Of a stretch of 64,000 bases of DNA, positions 1 through 9,312 are shown in pieces. Source of the stretch: a virus; the IMG/VR virus record IMGVR_UViG_3300028801_000007, positions 37,251-101,250 of that record; one strand, written 5' to 3'. Under the pieces are notes generated by a model that searched no databases, was not told the origin of the DNA, and was given only the letters and a program-made list of their open reading frames with translations. How positions within the stretch are numbered: the first letter of the stretch is position 1; every line of letters begins with the position of its first letter. Both the position numbers and the translations under genes were made by a program.

Positions 1-324
1 ACCTTCGACCCTAACTCGGATGCGTTCGGCGACATCATCAGCACGCATCGCACCGCAGCTGCCGCCGAAAAAGCGCTCAATAAGATTGATTATGCCCGTT
101 GGATATACATCGCACGCCAAAAAGTGGGCGGCGAGTGGGAAAGACCCGGCGAGGCACGTGATCGCCGCGAAACGCCGCCGTCACTCGGACGCCCCCCAGA
201 AATGACGGGGGGAAAGCGTGTGAATGTCTATCTTGATGCCGCTAGCGTCGCTAAAGCGCTAAAGCGCGGAAACGGCAATCTCAGCGAGGGAATTAGAATT
301 GCCCTCGCTGATCCACTCACTTGA
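1..324 (+). CDS. 5'-truncated protein with C-terminal ribbon-helix-helix-like DNA-binding motif
   Basis: Frame 1 is open from base 1; ends GRPPEMTGGKRVNVYLDAASVAKA...GNGNLSEGIRIAL. Confidence 0.5.
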   Translation, partial: TFDPNSDAFGDIISTHRTAAAAEKALNKIDYARWIYIARQKVGGEWERPGEARDRRETPPSLGRPPEMTGGKRVNVYLDAASVAKALKRGNGNLSEGIRIALADPLT

Positions 325-770
325 TTCAAATTCATGGCTGGCATCGGCTTCGACTGACGCAAAATTCCGCTCAGTACCAAAAGTTTTCCCCGATGCCATG
401 CATGAATTTTGAGCCAGCCGTTCGTAAATCTTTTCAACTTCCGCAGAATGTGCCATTCTTAGCGTTTCTGCGATGCGATTACAGCTAGTCACGTCTGAAT
501 CGGCTTCATTCAAGCGTCCTGGACAACGATTATTGCCCATCCACTTCTTCAGCATCCGCTGAAAATAGCGCTTTGATGCTCGATGGACGCAGAGCGACTT
601 TCTCAAAGTCATCATTCCGGCACCACGGATTTTTTCTCGGTACATGAGCTATCTAGCGGATTCCGGCATATTCTTTTGCCTCGTTGCCGGCTCTCAAGGA
701 AACGCGCCGACATGCGACTGCGCACAAAGTCGTCGGCGCAAGTACTGTGCGCTTCCTTGAAAGCCCTCGG

Positions 771-842
771 CATGGGGTGCTGGATTCGAACCAGCACTGC
801 ACGGTTTTGGAGACCGGCCGGCTACCGTTGCCACAACCCCAA
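771..842 (-). tRNA. tRNA-Trp(CCA), possibly degenerate
   Basis: Reverse complement folds as a cloverleaf: TTGGGGT/ACCCCAT acceptor, TGGC/GCCG D stem, CCGGT-CTCCAAA-ACCGT anticodon arm, GCTGG-TTCGAAT-CCAGC T arm; followed by CCG, not CCA. Confidence 0.8.
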
Positions 843-1182
843 GCGGAAAGCCCTCGTTTCGTGAGGGGCCGGCCGCGCAGCGCTACGCGAGCACCAATTA
901 ATTACACACCCGACTTTACGGGCACCTTGATCGCGGTGTTGAAGAGAGAATCCCCTATCGCCGCCGTTATATGGCTGATGCGCTTGACGGGGCGGACTAC
1001 GGTGGTTCCGTTGCAGGTGAAGCCTCACCACGCACAGAGGCCGTTTGGCAATGTGCTGACGGGTCAATCCGTGGCGCTGTCGCTCTCACGACTAACCCCG
1101 CTTCCACCATCACCCCCAAGAGGTTCTTGAGGCTCAGTAAGCAGAATCATGCGTGAAGGCTGCCGCTACCGGCGGCAAATCG

Positions 1183-1371
1183 CTAATGCTTCGGCCCAAA
1201 CACCGCGTCGGCGGCATCGATCGGGTCGATATCGGCTTTAAAATAGGCCTCCATGCGGACCAGAATCACATCGCATGGACTCCATGGTGGTGTGATGTAG
1301 CCTCGATCTACCGCCCAGTCAAAGACGCTGTGCGTCCATGCATGCAGCTTTTCTTCTCTGGCTGTAGGCAT
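1183..1371 (-). CDS. hypothetical phage protein
   Basis: 62-aa ORF co-oriented with the operon. Confidence 0.4.
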   Translation of the reverse strand: MPTAREEKLHAWTHSVFDWAVDRGYITPPWSPCDVILVRMEAYFKADIDPIDAADAVFGPKH

Positions 1372-1389
1372 GGATCATGACCGGTAAAC

Positions 1390-1423
1390 GAACAAAGCCC
1401 CGCGCGGCGAACCTGCGGGGCTT
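1390..1423 (-). terminator. Intrinsic terminator downstream of HNH gene (possible tR'-like)
   Basis: AAGCCCCGC (1395-1403) / GCGGGGCTT (1415-1423) stem, followed by TTTGTT on the minus strand. Confidence 0.6.
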
Positions 1424-1440
1424 GATATTCAACATATGAT

Positions 1441-1926
1441 CTAGCGTTGGTAAGCGAACTCGCCGTGAAACAGCAATGCTGCCGCTCGATATGCTTCGCC
1501 AGCTTCAGCCGCAGATCTGAATGTGCCAAGGTGTTTATTCTTTGGCCCAACACTTATGCGCGCGTGCCACCTTCTATCGCGCTTATTCCAAGTCACACCC
1601 TTAAACCCGGAAGAATTATTGGCTTGCGCCCCGCGGTTCTGTAAGTTCTGAGAGTTCGAGCAGACTCGGAGGTTCGCGCGTTGATTGTTGAGCTTATTGC
1701 CATCGATATGATCAACAACACGAACATCGTCGTACGATAGCCCAGCTAAAACACGATGCATCGAAATCCGAATTACTTTTCCGGATCCTGCCGATCGCTG
1801 CTCCGCTGCGGACGCGGTGCTGCTCGCGTATCCGTTATTGAGGTGCCATTTCCACACCGACAATATATTGAAGTCTTCGTCGTCGATTAGCGCAAATTTG
1901 CCTTGGGTAAGAGGTATTTCGCGCAT
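1441..1926 (-). CDS. HNH-AP2 homing endonuclease
   Basis: IPLTQGKFALIDDED start, VDHIDGNKLNNQRANLR HNH motif, SGFKGV..W.ARI..HLGTF AP2 domain. Confidence 0.9.
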   Translation of the reverse strand: MREIPLTQGKFALIDDEDFNILSVWKWHLNNGYASSTASAAEQRSAGSGKVIRISMHRVLAGLSYDDVRVVDHIDGNKLNNQRANLRVCSNSQNLQNRGAQANNSSGFKGVTWNKRDRRWHARISVGPKNKHLGTFRSAAEAGEAYRAAALLFHGEFAYQR

Positions 1927-2076
1927 CTTTACTATTCACTCAAGGCATTCACGGCAACGTTACGAGACTCGTGCATCCGCTCAATATTGCGGTCGGTTTT
2001 TCATCCATATCGCGCTCACGTTATTCGCGGGCGCAACTTGGCTACCCCCAAAATGTACCGGTTTCCGTCCCGGTTT

Positions 2077-2373
2077 TCACGATATTTCTGAAAGTTCATG
2101 TCCCGCTTTTTGTGGCACCGGTGGGGCGGGTTGATTTGCTACCACCTCGCGCCATTGATACAAGGTTGATGCACCGTTGACCGCGTGCGGCGGCCAGCGC
2201 TTCACCGAGCCGCAGTCAACTAGGGCGGCGATTGCTCGCTGAACGCTCTTTTTGACTGCGGCCCGCTCGCGGCCCAATGCTTGCGGTGCAACGTAGCGGA
2301 TGATTTCACGCATCTTGAAATCGCGGCCAGGGTACGGCGCCATCAACTCTATAATCTCACGAGCAAATTTCAT
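2077..2373 (-). CDS. hypothetical winged-helix-like protein downstream of Q
   Basis: MKFAREIIELMAPYPGRDFKMREIIRYV; ATGA overlap with the upstream gene. Confidence 0.55.
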   Translation of the reverse strand: MKFAREIIELMAPYPGRDFKMREIIRYVAPQALGRERAAVKKSVQRAIAALVDCGSVKRWPPHAVNGASTLYQWREVVANQPAPPVPQKAGHELSEIS

Positions 2374-2756
2374 TCGAACTCCGAGGCGATGCGCTGGCGG
2401 GCGCGGTAGATCATGCTTTCGTATGCCTGCACGGTCACATTGGCGTAACTGGCGGCGCAACACAGGCCGTTGGGTGTCCAGCGCTTCGATTCGTAGGTGG
2501 CCACGTATTCGGCCTTCACCACGCGGCGCTCGACGATGGAAAGCGTCGTATAGATGCGCTGCACCTTGAGCGCGTCGTCGATGTGGATCGGCGGGGGCGG
2601 CCTATCGTCCGGGTCCGTGGCCCATAGCCCTTCCGGGATATAGTCACTCTCCAGCGAACCGCACTGAGGCGGCAGCGGCCCCGGCGCCGGCCCAGATCGG
2701 CACCAGCGCACCCAGTTGTAAATTACGTGATCCAACCAATTGCGCGGCTTTTCCAT
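2370..2756 (-). CDS. Q-like late antiterminator
   Basis: NWVRWCR N-terminus, sigma-region-4-like C-terminus, position at the end of the nin region. Confidence 0.6.
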   Translation of the reverse strand: MEKPRNWLDHVIYNWVRWCRSGPAPGPLPPQCGSLESDYIPEGLWATDPDDRPPPPIHIDDALKVQRIYTTLSIVERRVVKAEYVATYESKRWTPNGLCCAASYANVTVQAYESMIYRARQRIASEFE

Positions 2757-3674
2757 TGCTATCCCCTTTCCGAATACAAATCACAGCGCCTTGACCGATG
2801 ATCCTCAAGCCAATATTTCTTCTCATCGAGCTTGCAAGTCGTGTAGCAGATATCCGCCACGCGTCGCTCGATATAGCTTGCGCAACCGATGCATGTTCTT
2901 CCGCGTGCCGACATTTCTTCCTCTTGCCGGCGAATCGCTACGCTTTCGGCTGATTGGCTGCGCTCCCATTCGCGGTTACCCCAGTCATCGCGGCGGTTGA
3001 AAGTCAAGTGCGCACTCCAAGTTTTCGTTGCGTCGCCAGCGCCTTCTCACACGACTTGCAGCGCGGGTAATTACCAGGCAGGAAGAGCGCGGCTTCCGTC
3101 GCTAGTACGCGGGTGCACAATGACTGCCGCATCCCTGCATACTCATCGCCGAACCAGTGAACCTTGTCCCCAGCGAAGATCTTCTTGGCCCACTGTGGAA
3201 AGCCACGACCCTCGGCCGCGCCTCCCCCGATGAATCCCTCGCGAATCTTTCCGTCGACGAACACGACCGGCTGCATTTCGCCGGGGATAATCGGTGTCAG
3301 GCGAATGACTCCTTTCATCTCAACTCCCGCAATGGTTGGAGTCGGCCGGCGCACCACACGCGAGACACTGCCGAACCTTGGTCGTGTCCGGATGGAACGC
3401 CGCACAAGCCTCATCGCCGCCAGTCGTCTGGAATCGCGGACTGCTGCGATTCAGGCAATCGTCGTTGAAGCTGTCGAAGTATTCGCAATCGCCGCAGGTT
3501 TTCATGCCACCACCCCAAAGAATCCGCCATCATAAAGCAGCCACGCGAGCACGGCGATATCGAAGCATTTAAACCAGGCGCTATGCAGGCCGCGCGGCTT
3601 ACCGTGTCTTGCGGCGGCGATTCCAAGCCCGATCGAGCAGAGGATGATGAGTGTGATTTGTGGCCAGTGGAATG

Positions 3675-4283
3675 TCATGCTGCCTCCATAGATGGATGGT
3701 TGCGGGACTCGGCGCGCGGCACCATTAGCCACTCGTAGTCGAATAGATAGTTGTGTGCATTGCCCTGTAGGTTGTAACGACTCCGCGATATCGACACCTT
3801 TGCGAAAGTGCGCATACCCGGTTCGATCTGGGCCGGGGGCCGGTGGACAACGGTGCCGTCCAGTCGCAGCAACGTGTGTTCGCCGTAGGTACAGATATTC
3901 TCTGACTTGGCCTGCGCCTCCATCTGTGCCATCGATTCGTCGCAGTCGTCGCTCAATTCGAATGGCTGCACGCAGAATTCCGTAGGCGCGCGGTCGCACC
4001 AGACATAGTTAATATCGTCGGTGCCAAAACCGTCCGCATGCCAGCCGGGTCGATTAAAGCACCTGTCGCGGTCAACATGAAGGTGCTTGGCCGTTAGATA
4101 AACATGTTCGTCTGGATGCGCAAACATGCATGCGACCTCAACCATGGGATAGAAGCACTTCAGGTTAGGCGGCAAGCGAATATCTGACCCCGGCATGCGA
4201 ACCGGCATGTACTGCACGAACAACATCTCCGGCGGCTCAATAACGACTCTGCCCATAACATCCGGCGCGTTACCCGCGATCAT
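3675..4283 (-). CDS. 2OG-Fe(II) oxygenase-like protein
   Basis: RPGWHADG (HxD), distal VVHRPP His and RTFAKVS 2OG-binding-like motif. Confidence 0.7.
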   Translation of the reverse strand: MIAGNAPDVMGRVVIEPPEMLFVQYMPVRMPGSDIRLPPNLKCFYPMVEVACMFAHPDEHVYLTAKHLHVDRDRCFNRPGWHADGFGTDDINYVWCDRAPTEFCVQPFELSDDCDESMAQMEAQAKSENICTYGEHTLLRLDGTVVHRPPAQIEPGMRTFAKVSISRSRYNLQGNAHNYLFDYEWLMVPRAESRNHPSMEAA

Positions 4284-4561
4284 GGCCGCGCCCTTTCGAA
4301 CACGTACATCATCAGTTCCATCTGCACGAAAATGGCGCCACAGCCCAGATAGCGATATTCCTGCAAGATGTCGATAGGCATCTCTGCGCCGGTCTTGAAC
4401 AGGTAGAACGTGCGATCCTCAGTCGGGGCCGTCGTCTCGACAATCGCCCACGCCCAAAGCGCTCCATCGAGGCCATCGATACGGATAATTTCCGCTCCGC
4501 ATGGCAAATCAATAGTCGAGACTTCCATAAACGGAATGCGGTACTTAAAGATTTTCTTCAT
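4280..4561 (-). CDS. conserved phage hypothetical protein
   Basis: MKKIFKYRIP...LWAWAIV...FKTG..YLG pattern; translationally coupled to both neighbours. Confidence 0.6.
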   Translation of the reverse strand: MKKIFKYRIPFMEVSTIDLPCGAEIIRIDGLDGALWAWAIVETTAPTEDRTFYLFKTGAEMPIDILQEYRYLGCGAIFVQMELMMYVFERARP

Positions 4562-5157
4562 GCGACCTCCATCTCAGGTTGATTGATTGCCGCCTTCTTG
4601 AGCTCCCGAACCTTTGCTCGGTAAAAAGCTTTCATTTCCAATATCTCCGCCAAGGTGAGTTTCAGCGGCGGATGGTCTTTCTCCAATTCCTCGACCGCCT
4701 CCAAACCGATTCGCTTGATGAGGTTGATGCGATAAGAAATCGGCGAGCCATGCTGGTACAGATTGCATTGCCGACATTGGAGCCAGCAATTATTTGGCAT
4801 GAAGCGGGTGGCGGCACTCGACCCAACCGATCGGTAATGCCCGGCTTGCATATCCTGGCCAAACCGGCCACACGAGATGCAAGGCTGCCCCGCGTCTCTT
4901 GCGCGCACCCAACCATTGAACGCCGCCTGCAACTCCTTCAAATGCGCGCCGCGTGTCTTCGCCTTCTCCAGCGCCTCGCGGAGTGATTTTCGCTCGGCGC
5001 GGTTCGCTCTCGCCGCCTTTTGCGCTGCGAGCTTTTTGGCCCAGGCTACGGCGCACGGAACGGAGCACGCGGACTGCATCGACCGCGCCGGGACGAAATT
5101 GCTTTTGCACACGCGACATGCGCGGGGCTTTAGGTCGCTTTTGCGAGTCAGAGGCAT
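4558..5157 (-). CDS. ninG: NinG/Rap-family recombination endonuclease
   Basis: CRVCK..F.P...Q..CS..CA N-terminal zinc motif; AFNGWVRARD..PCISCG..AGHYRSVG..RF...N...QC..CN. Confidence 0.9.
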   Translation of the reverse strand: MPLTRKSDLKPRACRVCKSNFVPARSMQSACSVPCAVAWAKKLAAQKAARANRAERKSLREALEKAKTRGAHLKELQAAFNGWVRARDAGQPCISCGRFGQDMQAGHYRSVGSSAATRFMPNNCWLQCRQCNLYQHGSPISYRINLIKRIGLEAVEELEKDHPPLKLTLAEILEMKAFYRAKVRELKKAAINQPEMEVA

Positions 5158-5356
5158 TTCGCGACCTCGATCCATACGGTGCGCAGAATGTACGCACTGA
5201 CGAAGACAAGAAGCGTCCATTCACGCGCCCGGTCCCAACGGGTGCGCCGCAGCTCATCATGCATATCGATAACCTCGATCGCACAACGCATCAACCCATC
5301 GTCTTGATAGGTCTCGGCGATTTCGGCGATGCGCACTGCTAGGGGCTTTTTGGGGG

Positions 5357-5827
5357 TCATTGCGAACCTCCCGCCTTCTGCCCAAACTGCAACCACTTCG
5401 AAAATGGGATGCGGAACTTATCGTGGAAAATCTGTGCCGCTTCCGGGTTGTGGTCGAGTTCTGCGCACGATACGACACCGCAAACTGTGCGGATAATCCT
5501 AACGGCGTCTTCCTCGCACTCGCAACGGCACCATTCCCAAAACTTCGGATCGTTGCGCCACAGGCCGGTCAGCTCCGCAAGTGCACCGCCCTTCTGTTTG
5601 TCTTCCGGTTGCTCGGGTTGCACCGGAAGTTCGTCATCACCGATCTCGACGAGTGCCGCCATAAAGCGATGGCCAGCAGTATTTCCTTTGCGCACAGTCA
5701 GCGCGCGGAAGGCTTCGAGCTCGGCGGCGTCGGGCAGCCAGAACGTGACCTTGCAGCCGCCGTTGTGCGTCTCGCTCCAGCCCGCGAGCTGCAACTCACC
5801 TTGAAATGCTGTCTGGATTTCGCTCAT
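5357..5827 (-). CDS. conserved phage hypothetical protein
   Basis: Coupled ORF; C-terminus (DP.F..W...CG..S..ELD.NP.AA..FH) is paralogous to 54015-54251. Confidence 0.65.
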   Translation of the reverse strand: MSEIQTAFQGELQLAGWSETHNGGCKVTFWLPDAAELEAFRALTVRKGNTAGHRFMAALVEIGDDELPVQPEQPEDKQKGGALAELTGLWRNDPKFWEWCRCECEEDAVRIIRTVCGVVSCAELDHNPEAAQIFHDKFRIPFSKWLQFGQKAGGSQ

Positions 5828-6033
5828 TTCGGCTCTCCGGTAATCAACCAACCGATGTTCGTGCCCGGCAGCGCATTGATAATCACGATCAGCGTGTCGA
5901 GACCTGGCTTGCGCTGGCCGGTCAGGATGTGAGAAAGGTTCGGTAGCGAAAATCCCGTCCGCCGCGCGAATTCGCTCAGCGAGATTTCATGATGCTGCGT
6001 GATCGCAACGCGAAGACGATTCCCGAAGCTCAT
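5824..6033 (-). CDS. XRE-family HTH protein
   Basis: MSFGNRLR...SLSEFARRTGFSLPNLSHILTGQRKPGLDTL...WLITGE. Confidence 0.8.
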   Translation of the reverse strand: MSFGNRLRVAITQHHEISLSEFARRTGFSLPNLSHILTGQRKPGLDTLIVIINALPGTNIGWLITGEPK

Positions 6034-6214
6034 TCGATCACCCTGTACGCAACGATGTCGCTCGAATGGTTGGCGTGGTGCCAGTGCCAGGTCGACGCCT
6101 CGTAATCTTGGCCGAAGCTGCCGTCGCGAAACTGCACTTGGTGCTCGATGCCATCCGCAATCGGACATTCCCCGCCACTCCAAGGGATCCAGCCGTCTGT
6201 GTTTTGGGGGTTGG

Positions 6215-6673
6215 TCATTGATCGCATCCTCGCCCGACTTGCCCGGGATCACCGGCAGCCGTGAATTTCTTCCAGTGGATAAAACCGGTCGGACAGAGGA
6301 ATCCCCACTCGCGCACGCGCGGCCCAGTTACGAATAGAGTCCAGCAGTCGCCGTCAGTGAGCTCGACGCGGTGCGCCGCAGCGCCCCACCGGAATTTGAC
6401 GTCGCCCGCGTTACGATCAACAAAGTCGGCCGCGCCGTCACCGAACCATTCGCGATACCGGCTACGTAGCAGCCAGCTCAGATTGAAGAGCCAAGGATGC
6501 GTATGCCGGGCCCGGTCGTCGTCGCTGCGTTTGAAGCAATGCAAGTAGACGTTGAAGAACCGATTGCGCGGGATGATCCACCAGCGCAGCAGGTACGGAT
6601 TCTCCGCACCGCCAATGATGAAATCCGGCTCCCGGCGCGTTACGCGTGCGATCAACCGTTCAGCGGCGCTCAT
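6215..6673 (-). CDS. cupin-fold phage protein
   Basis: YLHCFKRSDDDRARHTHPW...E...HRVEL...WTLFVTGP..REWGF. Confidence 0.7.
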   Translation of the reverse strand: MSAAERLIARVTRREPDFIIGGAENPYLLRWWIIPRNRFFNVYLHCFKRSDDDRARHTHPWLFNLSWLLRSRYREWFGDGAADFVDRNAGDVKFRWGAAAHRVELTDGDCWTLFVTGPRVREWGFLCPTGFIHWKKFTAAGDPGQVGRGCDQ

Positions 6674-6998
6674 CGCGCACCCCGCCCAAGCCGCGCCAAC
6701 TCCTGAAACTCCCGATTGCGGCGGTCATACCCCGTCAACTCGCCAACCTGCCAGCGATGCACTTGCGGCGCTTTTTCCTCGACCTTTTTCGGCTCAGTTC
6801 CCGCCACGTAATATCGCGTCGAAATCTTGTAGCCGTCGCCGATCTTCACGCCGACGATCTGCTTTGTCTGCATGGCTGCCGTGAGCGTCGGTGTAACGCC
6901 CTTGGCGTTTGTGCCGAAAAGCTTCCCGAGCTCGGTCGTCGTGTACGACTTGCCGCGCGTCATACGCTCGACTAGGCTGCCTGCGGATAGATCAGCGT

Positions 6999-7490
6999 TC
7001 ATGCTGCGACTCCCATCGTGAGTTGGTTGACCAGGGCGGCAAATCGATGCGACGGCTCAATCACTGGACGACGCGAGATCGCTCGGACCGGGACATACTT
7101 CACGTCAGCCAAGTGCCCAAGCGCCCAAAGAGCGGCCGGTTTGCGTGCGGTAACGCGCCAGCCCTTCACATACACGCCGTGGCCGTGGTGCAAGTCGATC
7201 AGGCGTGTGCAAGTTGCCTTCGCGCATCCGGTCTCCGCCACTAGGTCGTAAATCGACATGCCGGGCTTAGCCGTTAAAGCACGGTGTATCGCAGTCCAAG
7301 ACTTGCACTCGCGATATGGCACGAACCAAGAAGGTCTACTCACCCCAAGTTTCTCGCGATGCTTCCTGATTGCATCGAGCGAATGGCGCGGGATCTTTGC
7401 GGCGATGTCGATCATCTGGTCGCCGGCTTCCCACCGCTCGCGCAGTATTTTTTCTTCGCTGACCAACCAAGGTAGCTGCGGCTTAATCAT
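6999..7490 (-). CDS. HTH-containing hypothetical protein
   Basis: W..EE..LR..W..G...IAA Myb-like motif plus MSIYDLVAETGC wHTH-like segment. Confidence 0.5.
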   Translation of the reverse strand: MIKPQLPWLVSEEKILRERWEAGDQMIDIAAKIPRHSLDAIRKHREKLGVSRPSWFVPYRECKSWTAIHRALTAKPGMSIYDLVAETGCAKATCTRLIDLHHGHGVYVKGWRVTARKPAALWALGHLADVKYVPVRAISRRPVIEPSHRFAALVNQLTMGVAA

Positions 7491-7683
7491 GATTTGCTCC
7501 CTTTGCAGGATCGGATGCGAGGCCGCGCCAATAGCGGTTTTGCAAAGTGCAGTCGAAGCTATTTCCGGCATTTCTCCAGGCGGAGCCGTTCCAATACCAA
7601 TTAAGGTCACTCCATTTGCATTCGTATAGCCCGATCCTGGCCGGCTTGATCTCCGGCGGGAACCACCCCGTCAACTTACCCAT
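7483..7683 (-). CDS. small hypothetical protein, paralog of 7676-7948
   Basis: T.WFPP.IKP...G.Y...W.G..W...Q...WRGLA. Confidence 0.6.
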   Translation of the reverse strand: MGKLTGWFPPEIKPARIGLYECKWSDLNWYWNGSAWRNAGNSFDCTLQNRYWRGLASDPAKGANHD

Positions 7684-7948
7684 GATTCACCTCCGGCTTA
7701 GTCGCCAGCCCGCGCCAGCGTTTGTTTTGCGAGCCAATACCCTCACTTCCGGCGGCTATAGCCTTGGAAAGGTACTGATACCTCCAATGCACTCCGTCCC
7801 AGCGCGAATAACCGAGATCACCGCGACCGGCAGCGAACTCGGTTTGGTAGACGCCAGAATGAACTGGCTTGATGTCCGGCGGGAACCAATCGGTCATTTC
7901 CATTGCGTCTCCTTTGACGGTTTGATTGGGGGTGGGGTTGGTGGTCAT
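7676..7948 (-). CDS. small hypothetical protein, paralog of 7483-7683
   Basis: TDWFPPDIKPVHSGVY...WDGVHW...QNKRWRGLA. Confidence 0.6.
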   Translation of the reverse strand: MTTNPTPNQTVKGDAMEMTDWFPPDIKPVHSGVYQTEFAAGRGDLGYSRWDGVHWRYQYLSKAIAAGSEGIGSQNKRWRGLATKPEVNHG

Positions 7949-9312
7949 GCCTTGAACCCTCCGCGAGACTGTTTTTGCTGCGGCGCTTCAGGCCAGTAAC
8001 CGACGTGATCACCGAAGCGCACGAACTCGCCGGCATAAGTCAGGCCAACATCGGTTGTTCGGCCATGCCGGAATTTGGCGATGCGCAGTTTGGCAAATCC
8101 TCGGAACTGGTCGCCGCACTCGGGGTTAGCAATTTCCTCGCGGTGCAAGAACATCACCACATCGGCATCCTGCTCGATCGCGCCTGAGTCGCGAAGGTCG
8201 GATAGCTTCGGCAGGCCCGGGCGATCCTCGGCTTTGCGGTTGAGCTGGGCCAGCACCAGGATGGCGATACCCAGCTCTTTGGCGAGCGTCTTGAGCCCGC
8301 GTGAAATGCCTTCGATCTCGGTATTCCGATTCGCACCGTCGCCGGACATAAGTTGGATGTAGTCGATCACCAGCAAGTCAAGCCCGCTCTTGCGTTTGAC
8401 GAGGCGCGCCTTGGATCGCACATCCAACAGGCGTAGGCCCGATTGGTCATCAATAAACAGATTCAGGTCTTTGATGGAGCCGCACGCCTTGGTGACGCGC
8501 TCCCAAAACTCGGTGTCGCCCTCTGGGGCTTGCATTACCTTGTCGAGTGCAACTTTGCCGAGCGATGCGATGTTGCGATCGTGCAACTCAGATTCCGGCA
8601 TTTCCATCGACAGGAATAGTGAACTGTGATCGATCGCCACGTGGTCGGCAATGTTCAGCGCGAGGGCCGTTTTACCCATCGCTGGCCGAGCTGCCAGCAC
8701 GACCACCCAGCCAGGACGCAGGCCGCCGTTCAATGCTTTGTCGAGATTTTCCAAGCCGGTAGAGATGAGGCGCTCCGACCGGTTAGACCGGCGTTCGAGC
8801 AAATTCAGGTGCTCGGACAGACCGACCGACGCGCGGCGGGGTTCGGATTTTGTCTTGACCTGTGTGAGCGCTTCGATTTTTGCCGCGGCACGGTCCACAA
8901 GGTCTTCGGCCGAATCAGCCGAGGAGCCGACCGAATCCTCAATCTCAGAAGCCGCTGTGAGCAGCCAGCGCTTCTGCGCCCTATCAATCACGATCGATGC
9001 ATAACGTGCGATATTTGCCGAACTCGGCGTGTTGTGCGCCAAGCTGTGCAGGTATTGCAAGCCGCCCATATCATCGGCTTTGCCCTTGGCCGCCAAGCGC
9101 TCAAGCAGCGTGATCGGATCGGCACCAATGCCACCGACGATCATTTCAAGCAGCTCGGCAAAAATGGTGCGGTGATCGAAGCGGAAAAAATGATCCGCTT
9201 TCAGGTCGCCGATACGGTCGATCGAATCGTTGTCCATCAGCAGTGCCCCGAGTACCGATTGCTCGGCTTCGGCGCTGTGCGGTACGGTGCGTAGGTTGTC
9301 TCTTGCGCTCAT
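7945..9312 (-). CDS. dnaB: Replicative DNA helicase DnaB
   Basis: PHSAEAEQSVLGALL, Walker A AARPAMGKT, IDYIQLM, QLNR, DLRDSGAIEQDAD. Confidence 0.95.
   Translation of the reverse strand: MSARDNLRTVPHSAEAEQSVLGALLMDNDSIDRIGDLKADHFFRFDHRTIFAELLEMIVGGIGADPITLLERLAAKGKADDMGGLQYLHSLAHNTPSSANIARYASIVIDRAQKRWLLTAASEIEDSVGSSADSAEDLVDRAAAKIEALTQVKTKSEPRRASVGLSEHLNLLERRSNRSERLISTGLENLDKALNGGLRPGWVVVLAARPAMGKTALALNIADHVAIDHSSLFLSMEMPESELHDRNIASLGKVALDKVMQAPEGDTEFWERVTKACGSIKDLNLFIDDQSGLRLLDVRSKARLVKRKSGLDLLVIDYIQLMSGDGANRNTEIEGISRGLKTLAKELGIAILVLAQLNRKAEDRPGLPKLSDLRDSGAIEQDADVVMFLHREEIANPECGDQFRGFAKLRIAKFRHGRTTDVGLTYAGEFVRFGDHVGYWPEAPQQKQSRGGFKA

Noticed and set aside
768-842. tRNA as an attB/attL prophage boundary, or as a UGA suppressor explaining the in-frame stops
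   Set aside because: Phage-like genes lie on both sides with no integrase or duplicated 3' end; the anticodon is CCA, and many normal genes end in TGA, so there is no evidence of recoding
850-1150. Additional tRNAs or a repeat array upstream of tRNA-Trp
   Set aside because: Only scattered hairpins; no T-loop consensus or periodic repeat found by eye
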